Shown here: positions 53,938 to 64,000 of the stretch, piece after piece
Position numbering within the stretch: the first letter of the stretch is position 1
How the letters are laid out: every line of letters starts with the position of its first letter
Made by a program: the position numbers and the translations under genes
Origin: Octopus sinensis
Taxonomy: Eukaryota
DNA length: 64,000 nt
Reading direction: 5' to 3'
NCBI RefSeq assembly: GCF_006345805.1
Contig: NC_043001.1
Coordinates: 372,001 to 436,000 of the forward strand
Notes under the pieces: generated by a model
Told to the model about the DNA's origin: nothing
What the model saw: the letters and a program-made list of their open reading frames with translations, nothing else
Databases searched by the model: none

Positions 53938-54098
53938 CATATATAATGTATATATAATAATATATATATATACATTATATTATTTTTGTAATTTACTGAA
54001 TCCTGACTTTTATTGTTATTTTAATTTTAACTTTTCTGTTATATGTAATTTTCTAGATGATGTAATTTAATTATTCATTTTGAATTGATAAAAGGTGG
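53676..54098. repeat. AT-rich inverted repeat (about 125-bp arms) around a (TA)n spacer
   Basis: caccttttatcaattcaa...aataatataatgta vs tacattatattatt...ttgaattgataaaaggtg. Confidence 0.85.
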
Positions 54099-54248
54099 TA
54101 TATATATATATATGTATATATTAAAATTTAACAAATGAATAACCACTAAATTAAAATTTAACAAATGAATAACCACATTTTATATTTTATGTATTGGCTT
54201 AAGTCTTTCTTTGTTTGATTTGCATAATAGTGGTTTTGTCTCTAATTT

Positions 54249-54288
<40 letters not shown>

Positions 54289-54381
54289 CTATATATATAT
54301 GTGTATGTATATATATATATGCACGTATGTATGTATATATATTTATGTATATATCTATGTATGTATATGTATGTATGCATA

Positions 54382-54457
<76 letters not shown>

Positions 54458-55151
54458 CATATATATATATATATATATAATGCATATGTGTATATATAAC
54501 ATCATTTATTTTCTTAGAAAAACAGTCAACACTAATAATTTTTCACATTTGATTTTTTTTTTTTTACAAGAAGATTTAAAACGGGAAGGTTGCAAAACAT
54601 ACAAAACAATGATTTAAAATGTTCACAAAATAGTGAATTAATGAAATAAGCCGAGTCAAATACCAAATAGCAAGATTGACATAATGTATCAACAATGAAA
54701 CATTTACACAATGTCTTATTTTCACAGATTTAATAAATTTATAGATATTTGTAAATAAATGTTTGTGAGATGAATTATATTGAATTATGACAAAATTTCT
54801 TAAATGTAAAGGAAGTTCTTCTCCAAAACAAATTGATCTCTGGTCAATTGACCTGAGTCAATTGTATTAATGGTACTCATTGTATTGACCAAGGAAAAGA
54901 AATGACAGTCTACCCTGGTGGAATTTGAATTTATAATATTGATTTAGCAAACTAGATAATGTAAAGCTTAAGATTGATTTCTGATTTTCTACATAGCCAT
55001 ATTGTTAATTTTCATAAACAATTCACTAAATTGATGATTTGAGGCTCCTGAAGTGATTGGTTTATGGAGAATTAGAACTTGGTAAGCAAATCCAGCATAA
55101 ACCAAAAATAGAAATTTTATGGCACCTCAATAAACAACCTTAATCATTAAC

Positions 55152-56112
55152 ATCACCATCATTTAACATCCATTTTCCATCATGGCATGGGTTGAATGGT
55201 TCAACTGGGGACTGGCAAACCAGGAGGCCACACCAGGCTCCAATTTGATCTGGCAGTCTTTCTACAGCTGGATGCTCTTCCTAATGCCAACCATTCCAAG
55301 AGTGTAGTGGTACTTTTTACGTGCCACTGGCATGGGAGCCAGTCAGGCAGCACTGGTATTAGCCACATTCAGATGCTGCTTTTTACATGCCACAGGTACA
55401 AGAGCCAGTTGAAGGTGGGTGGGGGGTTTCAGCCATGTTCAGATGGTGCTTTTTATGTGCCACCAGCACCGGCAATGACCCACACATGCATGGTGCTTAT
55501 TGTGTGATACCAGCACGGAAGCCAGTCAGGTGGGACTGGCATCAGCCACAACAACAATTTCCATTCGATTTTGACTTTATTTGACTCAATAGGTCTCCTC
55601 AAGCATGGAATGTTGCCTGATGATTCAAAAGTACTTTTTAAATGGGCTGGTTATGCGATACTGGTACAGGCTATGGCTGTGATCTTACTTTACTTGCTGG
55701 GTCTTCCCAATCACAGCATATCTGCAGAAGTTTCAGTCTTTTGTCATTGCCTCTGTGAGGTCCAACGTTTGAAGGTCATGTTTCACCACCTCATCCCATA
55801 TCTTCTTGGGTCTCCCTCTACCACGGGTTCCTTCCACTGTCTGGGAGTGGTACATCTTCACACAGCTCACATCATCCATACACCGCACATGACCATAGCA
55901 GCACAGTTGTCTCTCTTGCACATCACATTCGATGCTTCTTATGTCTAACATTTCTATCAGGGCACTCACACTCTGTTGTGTATGCACACTGACATTACAC
56001 ATCTAGTGGATCATACTGGCTTCATTTCTTTCAAGCCTATGCATGTCTTCAGCAGTCACAGCCCATGTTTCACTGCTGTGTAGCATGGCAGTTCGCACAC
56101 ATGCATCATACC
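55152..56112 (-). mobile_element. RTE LINE 3' part, degenerate
   Basis: ORF 55733-56002 (YGHVR, GRGRPKKIW) and RTE 3'UTR. Confidence 0.88.
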
Positions 56113-56145
56113 TTTCACTGCCCTTGAAAATTTCAGGCATATATA

Positions 56146-56950
56146 TGTGGTATCAAAGAGTTTCTAGACTAGTTGTGTTTAACAAATAACTTAACATCAG
56201 CCCCAGCATTCTTGTCACTTTTGGAAACTGTACTTGGAAGTAATTTTTCATAAGTGAATCAATGACCTTCTGTGATTTGCTCTAGATTACAATAACGGTG
56301 TTAAAGTGGGGACCTTTGACTTGCATTTTCCTCTTTGGGAAGAGATAGAAGTCCGCAGATGCTAAATCTAGTGAATAAGGTGGATATGGAAGTGATACCA
56401 TGTTGTTTTTGGTAAGAAGCTCATGAGTGATGAGAGCTTGGTGACGAGGTGCATTGTTGTCATATTCAATTCAGATGTTAAGATTGCTTGCTGCACGGAC
56501 CCATACGGCAGACCAACAACATCAGCAATGTCCTTCATTGTCCTCTGACAATCCTCATTGCACAAAAGCTGTTCTATTTTCTCCACATTTCTGGGGATGA
56601 TGCTTGTGGCAGATCTTGATTGCTCATCACCTTCCAGGGATGTTCTTCTGCTTTTGAAGTGCCCTTGCCACTCAAAACATTGTGCATGACCTATTGCCTC
56701 ATTGCTGTAAGCTTGCCAAAGCATGCTCAATGTCTCAAGTTCCTAAGTTTAATGCAAAATTTCATGTTGGCTCTTTGTTTCTGTCCATGACAAAAATCGC
56801 AGACCACAGCAGACACACGTGATCACAAAAGCACAAATTTCACAATTTGCAAAGTGATGTCACTAGGCACACTGCCTCATGAAGGTCACTGCAACCGTGT
56901 GCTGCCACCTGTTGGCAGGCTGCAGGACTAGCCCAGGAACTTTTGATATA
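56146..56950 (-). mobile_element. Internally deleted mariner transposon relic
   Basis: N-terminal HTH (MLWQAYSNEAIGHAQCFEWQGHFKSRRTSLEGDEQS); imperfect TIRs tatcaaagagtttctagactagt / actagcccaggaacttttgata; TA flanks. Confidence 0.75.
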
Positions 56951-56954
56951 TATA

Positions 56955-57808
56955 TATAAAAGCTGTATAAAAGCCATAAAAACAACAAATGCACGAGAAG
57001 CTGATTTCCTCAAATGTCCTGGTGGTTCTCTGGAAGTTGTAGATAAGTATTGTTACCTAGGTGGCCTAGCTAGCAGCGAGGGAGGTTGTACAGTACATGT
57101 AATTGCTAGAATAAGAAAAAGATTAAAAAAAGTTCATAGACCTTTTAATCTCTGTAAGCAACCAAAGTGAAGGGAAGATTGTATGGTGCATGTGTATGAG
57201 CTGTGATGCTGCATGGCAGTAGGCAGAGGACATGCAATGGCTGGAGAAGAGCAAAGCTGGCATGCTTTGTTGGGTGTGCGATGTCAGTGTGAAGTGCAAC
57301 AGAGCATTGGTGTATTGAGGGAGAAGTTGGACATAAGAGGAATTATATGCAGTGTGCAAGAGAGGAGACTGCACTTGTATGGTTATGTGATGCAGATGAA
57401 TGAAGACAATTGCATTAAGAACGGCTGATCTCTTTAAAGTGGAGGAAAGTTGCAGAAGAGGGAGGCCCAGGAAGACATGAGACAAGGTATTGAAGGCTGA
57501 TCATAAAATGTTGAGCCTTACAAAGGAAATGACAGAGGACCAAGATATGTGGTACAAGGAGATCTGCCCACAACAGAATTAAGGTCCAAAAACTAAGGTG
57601 CCACATAAAAAGTATTGGTGTGGGTGCTGCTGGTGCCACATAAAAAGCACCCAGTACACTCTCTAAAGTGGCTGATGTCAGGAAGGGCATCCAGCCATAA
57701 CACCTAAACCACAACACACTACGGAACCTGATGTGGCCCCCTAGCCTTGCCAATTCCTGTCAAGTCATGAAAAATGAGCGTTAAATATTGATGATGATGG
57801 TGATGATA
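56955..57808 (+). mobile_element. Old RTE LINE 3' part
   Basis: LEVVDKYCYLG, VQERRLHLYGYV, (GAT)n end. Confidence 0.8.
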
Positions 57809-57824
57809 TATATTTGTGTGTCTG

Positions 57825-57980
57825 GGCATAAGCATGGCTGTGTGGTTAAGACATTTGCTTCACAGCCACATGGTTTCCAGTTCAGCCTTACTGCATGGAA
57901 TCATGTGTATCTGCTTCTATAAACCCGGGCTGACTAAACCCTTGTCAGTGAATTGGGTTGGAAACTGAAAGAAGCCCAAC
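57825..57980 (+). mobile_element. tRNA-derived SINE
   Basis: ggcataagcatggctgtgtggttaag (A box)...gttcagcc (B box-like)...gaaactgaaagaagccc. Confidence 0.75.
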
Positions 57981-58802
57981 ATATACATGAGTGTGCTTTC
58001 TTGTCATGATATCATGCAATAGTTCTAAACAAGCATCATTGTCACACCAAAGTTACTAAACATCAATCAGTTTTGCAGTGTTCTCACACCTTATCGTATT
58101 TTTGACCAGTTTTCATTTAAATCAAATTTTCAAGTGAAAATTTTCAAATTTGGTATATTGATGTAATTTTTCATGGTGAATCTGATGTTGTTATTGAATT
58201 GTTTCAGAGAAGTTTAGGAAAATGTTAGAGGGTTAATGTTTGATCATTTTTACTCAATCAGAAAACAGGATTTAGAAGCTGGCACTTTGTGTGTGATTAC
58301 AACATTACAATGACTGCTGTAAACCTTATGACAAAACATTCAATGATTGGAGTTTTAAGGAATCAATTCATGTTAAATGTTGGAACAGGCATGTAAGGAG
58401 AAAAATTATCGAAAAAAAACAACGTAGGGCTTAAACTGAATGTTAAATTATGAAAAAAAACCCAGACAAACTGTAATGATCCAACTGCTGGAAAGGCAGC
58501 CAAATCTGCTCCCAAATAACACCCTAACATTATAGAAGAAGGATAAACTAGATTATGGTAGTCATAGATAACAGTAAAGCTGTATGCAGTTTAGCATTCG
58601 AATGCTTCTTTAAATCATCTCTGCCCAATCACCTGCATTCTCCTCATTTTTTAATTTCTCCATCATTCACAAAAGGTTACACTTGTTGGCAATAAATGAG
58701 TAAGCAGTGTTGTTTTTGATGCTACAATAAGACTCAGGGAAATGCGTAAACATACAATCTTCTGCTGAATAGTGGCAGATTTTAGGGTTACAAATTAATT
58801 TT

Positions 58803-59577
58803 GCTGTGCACACATGACATATTATAAGCACCCTGAGAAAAATGCTAGACATAAGAAGCATTGGATGTGGCATGCAAGAGAGACGTTTGCATTGATATGG
58901 TCATGTACTGCGGATGGATGAGGAGAGCTGTGTGAAGAAGTGCCACTCCCAAACAGTCGAAGGAATCCAGGATAGAGGGAGACCCAGGAAGACATGGGAT
59001 GAGGTGGTGAAGCATGACCTTCAAAAGTTGGGCCTCACAGAGGATATGACAAAAAACTGAGACCTCTGGAGGTATGCTGTGACTGAGAAGACCTGTCAAA
59101 TAAAGTGAGTTCACAGCTATAACCACACCAGTGTCACATAACCAGCCCACTCAAAAGTACTTTGGATCATAGGGCGACATGCCATGCTTGGGGAGACCTA
59201 TTGAGTCAAGTACATCAACATCAAATCAAATTACAATCAAATGGAAATTGTAGTTGTAACCCCTGTGCCAGTGGAAAGTAAAAAGCACCATCCAAATGTG
59301 GCCGATGCCAGTGCCGCCTTGACTGGTTTCCGTGCTGGTGGCACGTAAAAACCACCATCCAATCATGGTCGATGCCAGATCCTCTGGCCCCTGTGCTGGT
59401 GGCAATATAAAAGCTCCCACTACACTCTCGGAGTGGTTGGCATTAGGAAGGGCATCCAGCTGTAGAAACACTGCCAGAGCAGATTGGGGCCGGGTGCAGC
59501 CTCCTGGCTTCCCAGACCCCAGTCGAACTGTCCAACCCATGCTAGCATGGAAAATGGACGTTGATGATGATGATGTT
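58803..59577 (+). mobile_element. RTE LINE 3' part
   Basis: Highly similar to 33670-34386. Confidence 0.9.
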
Positions 59578-59949
59578 ATATTTGGGGAGGGTTATTTTCT
59601 GTTTTCCAATAATTTTGATTTTGGTGATGGTATTGTTGCAGTTGCTTTTATCAATTGATAATTTTGTCCTTGGTATATGGGTGAAATTGCAATCATGGCA
59701 TGTGATATATGTATATATATATAACACAAATGGAGCCCAGGCAGCTCTCCAGCTGGCCAGCTATGGGCAAGCCATCCAATCCTTACCAGCATGGCAAACA
59801 GATATCAAATGATGATGATGATATATATATAATGTAATATAATATCTATATATAATGTGATATCTATATATGAAGTAATATAATATCTATCTATAAATAA
59901 TATAATACACACACACATACACACACACATACACATAAGCACACACACG

Positions 59950-60450
59950 ATGTAGTCTGCAGTAAATGCGGAGCATCCTGCATAGGGAGCACTTCTAGGA
60001 AACTGTACCCCCAAATAAAGGAGCATATGTACATGGACACTTCAATAAAGAAACACCTTAGGAAACGCCAAACCCAAAATTTCAAAGTTTCCATCAAGGT
60101 AACCCAAGGCAACAGGGACAATCTCAGAATTATTGAAGCTCTCCTTATAAATAAATTTAGATCATCCATGAGCAACAGGAAGGAACTACATAAAGCGGAC
60201 TGGTTGCTATAGCAACACCAGTCTGTGCATGTCACCTTCATCCTTCCTCCCCTGCACCCACTCCATCTGAGCAACGACCTTTTCTAACAACTACTTTTTC
60301 CAAATGTCCTGAAGAAGAGGTCTACAACCCAAAATATAGAAACACAAAGTAAAACTGCAGATTTCTTCTGTTTTCTTCCCTTTTGTAGTTTTTTTTTGTA
60401 CCTTCTTGCATTATTCCAGTCTTACACAACAACCTTCTTTAAAATGTATA
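59950..60450 (+). mobile_element. Penelope-like element 3' relic: GIY-YIG C-terminus + decayed HHR
   Basis: SIKKHL..FKVSI..LRIIEALLINKFRSSMSNRKEL; downstream gtc CTGAAGA agaggtctacaaccc aaaatata at 60306-60340. Confidence 0.65.
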
Positions 60451-60512
60451 TCAGCTCCTAATGTAGGTGGAGAGATATCTATATAGAGGGTGAAAAAGAA
60501 GAAGGATAGGAG

Positions 60513-60551
<39 letters not shown>

Positions 60552-61274
60552 TGGGGGAGAGAAAAAAGAAGAGAAAGATGTATAAAGTGAGATAGTGAGA
60601 AATAAGAAGCTGTAGGAGGAAACAGTATTGAAAGAAAATTGTATCCAAGGAAACTGGATAAAGTGATACTGATTGAATAGGTCAAGAATTTGTGGGAGAG
60701 GATACAGAGGAAATATACCTGGTGACAGGGTGTGGTTTTAGTAGCAAATGAAACTGGTAATATAAGGCCTTGAACATAATGAGTGGTGTCAAGGTGCTTT
60801 GGATTAAATAATAATAATAACGATGACAACACATGCACACACACATATATAAAAAATGTGGGGCTAATGTAGTTTTGCACCTCTCCTTGAAAAATGCATT
60901 TTTTTGAAAATATTTTTTCGGATTCCTGCGTTTAGATGTTGGAGATTATGAATATGCAAAAAAATTTTTTATTTCACCCCTCTCCTATTCCACCCCACTC
61001 CCCGCACTCACAATTTAAAAACCAAGAACTTTTTCCAAAATTTTTTTAAAAATCACCTTTTCCAAACTTAAAACTTCCCACCTAAACCTCCCTTTCTCTC
61101 AGATTTTAAATTTTTCAAAATTCACCCCACCCTCTCTGGCGGAACTCACCCCCCACACATAAACACTCATACACAAATACAGACATTTTCAATTTTTCTT
61201 TTCAGCAGGTATGCATATAGTTACGCGTATAAAGAGACAGATAGATAGATGGATAGATTGATATACTTGCACTC

Positions 61275-61337
<63 letters not shown>

Positions 61338-61729
61338 TATGTTATTTATGCACTGTTTTCGCAAAAACAAAAATCAACTTTAGTGGTTGCATAAATTACA
61401 TGAGTAGATCATTTTCAGAATTTTTTAGAAAATTTTTGGCTGAAAATGAGATACAAATGTAAACATTTGTACTAGAGGTCGACTCATTTATAATGAAGTT
61501 GGCTTTTATTTATGCTGGATGGTTTTCTGTATAAATTTCCTAAGACCATTAAATGGTTAACTACTTTTTGAAGTTGACACTCATGCTGGTAATATTGGTC
61601 CGGGCCATATTTTACTGCATCTAATGTCAATGACAACATTATAATTCATCCTTGCACATGTAAACTCACTAAGTGAATATGACATAGCGTTCTTACAGAA
61701 ATCTACATTTACCTTATGGGTTAGCAACC

Positions 61730-64000
61730 ATTATCTCAGACTATGCCCCTCAGCCGGGGCTACATGATGGACAGAAAGACTGATTTTATGACACCTTTTT
61801 GCAGACTACCTCATTGATGAATGACAGGGACCTTCTCTTTGAGGCTGGTGATTTCAATGGACATGTTGGACAGGGGGCTTCCATGGCGTACAATGAGGAG
61901 GGTACCAGGCTGCTGGAGTTGTGCGATGCAAATGATCTTATGGTTTGCAATACTAACTTCAGGAAACCTGCCAGTCACCTAGTCACCTACCGCTCGGGCA
62001 GACACACTAGTCAGATTGACTACATCCTCACCAGAAAAAGGTGAAGATGGCTGCTTATAAATGCCAAAACCTTCCCAGGTGAAGAATGTACCCCACAACA
62101 AAGACTGGTAGTTAGCAATTTCAGGATCAGGGCTAAATGGATGCCTAGAAGACGACCAGAATGGAGGAGAAGGGTCTGGAAGCTTAAAGATCCTACGAAT
62201 GGACAGAGATTTAGAGACATATTACTCAAAGCTTTTTGACAAAATAGAAGGGGATATAGCTTCATACAATGTAGAAGACAACTGGAGGTCTCTAAGGGAC
62301 AACCTGCTGAGAGCCACTGACCAGATCTGTGGATGGTGCAAAGCCCCTTCTCGACCCAAAATAACATGGTGGTGGAACAATGTTGTAGACAGGGCTATTA
62401 GAGAAAAGAGACAGGCTTGGAAGGACTGGGAAAATGGTGGTAGCAGGGAATTGTATCAGACTACCAAAAGAGAAGCTAGGAGACAGGTTTATTTAACCAG
62501 AGGGGAAGCAGATAAGAAAAAATTTGCCGATGGTCTGTGCCGTGAGGACCAAAGACTTAAGGTATTCCGTGTTACAAGACAGTGTGTGAGAGAGAATCAT
62601 GATGTGGTAGGAGAGAAATGTGTTTGCATGGATGATGGTTCACTTGCGCTAAATGAGGATGCAAAGAGAGAGGTTTGGAGACATCATTATGAGAGGCTGC
62701 TAAATAAGGAAAATGAATGGGATAAAGAGAGTCTGCCGAATGTCGACCCAACAGAGGGACCAGCTATCCGAGTTGACAGTTCCTTAGTAGTTAAGGCAAT
62801 TAGTAGCATGAAGACAGGGAAAGCCCCAGGCCCATCAGGAATTACTGCAGAGATGCTTAAAATATCTGGTAGTGTCGGCTATAGCCTAGTCACCCGTATA
62901 GTTAACCAGGTGATACACGAAAGAGTCATACCCAATGACTGGTGTAGCAGCACAATAGTCAACTGCTACAAAGGTAAAGGTGATGCTTTAGATACAAATA
63001 ATTACAGAGGTATCAAGCTGTTGGATCAGGTGATGAAGGTTACGGAGAGGGTCATAGCCCAACTAATTAGAGAGAGAATCAGCTTGGATGAGATGCAGTT
63101 TGGTTTCAGGTAAAAGCACCACTGATGCCATATTTCTGGTGAGACAGCTGCAGGAGAAATACCTAGCCAAGTATAAGCCCCTGTACCTGGCTTTCGTTGA
63201 CATGGAGAAAGCCTTTGACAGGGTCCCCTGATCCCTTATTTGGTGGTCAATGAGGAAACTAAGGATAAATGAATGGTTAGTGAGAGCCGTGCAAGCCATG
63301 TACAGAGACGCTGTAAGTAAGGTGAGGGTTGGCAACGAGTACACTAAAGAATTCAAAGTAGAGGTAGGGGTCCACCAAGGTTCAGTCCTCAGCCCCCTCC
63401 TATTTATCATAGTCCTCCAGGCAATAACAGAGGAATTCAAGACAGGATGCCCCTGGGAGCTCCTCTATGCTGACGACCTTGCTCTAATTGCTGAGTCACT
63501 ATCAGAACTAGAAGAGAAGTTTCAGGTGTGGAAGCAAGGATTAGAATCGAAGAGCCTTAGAGTCAACCGAGCTAAAACCAAAGTCCTGATAAGTTGGAAG
63601 GCAGACAAACCAGAAATCCCTTCAGGTAGATGGCCCTGCTCGATCTGTAGAAAAGGCATAGGTAGAAACTCTATAAGATGTACCCAGTGTAAGCTATGGA
63701 GACATAAGAGGTGCAGTAATATCAAAAGAAGGCTAACTGGGAAGATAGTTTTTGTATGTGGCAGATGCTCTGGGGCAATAAACACTGAAAATGTGCTTCT
63801 GTCACATTTGAGGGAGAAAAACTGGAAGTAGTTGATAGCTTCCATTACCCAGGTGACCAATTCAGTAGTGGGGGAGGGTGCACTGAAAGTGTAGCTGCTA
63901 GAATAAGAATAGCTTGGGGAAAGTTTAGAGAGCTCATACATCCGCTGGTTACAAAAGGCCTCTCGCTCAGAGTAAAAGGTAGACTGTATGACGCATGTGT
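61730..64000 (+). mobile_element. RTE-clade LINE (APE-RT-PHD), degenerate, runs off the window end
   Basis: GDFNGHVG, QIDYIL, TWWWN, NYRGIKLL, GVHQGSVLSP, YADD; C4HC3 finger at about 63630-63770. Confidence 0.95.

Overview
AT-rich animal genomic DNA, most likely a cephalopod (Octopus-type SINE and RTE repeats, massive (TA)n arrays; inferred, not database-checked). Two dense nests of elements sit inside (TA)n microsatellites (about 1-14.5 kb and 36-54.5 kb). They hold a young Ty3/Gypsy LTR element (410-bp LTRs differing at 2 visible sites, tRNA-Trp PBS), several CR1-group LINE families, SINEs and RTE fragments. The most notable signal is a set of small non-coding elements carrying type I hammerhead ribozyme (HHR) motifs, arranged as tandem or fold-back repeats like Penelope-like element (PLE) ends or retrozymes. 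The best case is 47945-49019: two intact HHRs 533 nt apart, predicting a self-excised, possibly circular, monomer RNA. Other HHR or fold-back elements lie at 42.7-43.2, 49.0-49.25, 50.36-50.89, 26.4-26.8, 36.2 and 60.0-60.4 kb, the last next to a GIY-YIG remnant. Also present: a 4-kb head-to-head LINE palindrome with shared lesions, a Merlin-like MITE, mariner and THAP/SWIM DNA-transposon relics, an RTE ORF with a PHD finger, and weak candidate host exons at 14.7-25 kb. No intact host gene can be confirmed. Coordinates were read by eye and may be off by a few bases.
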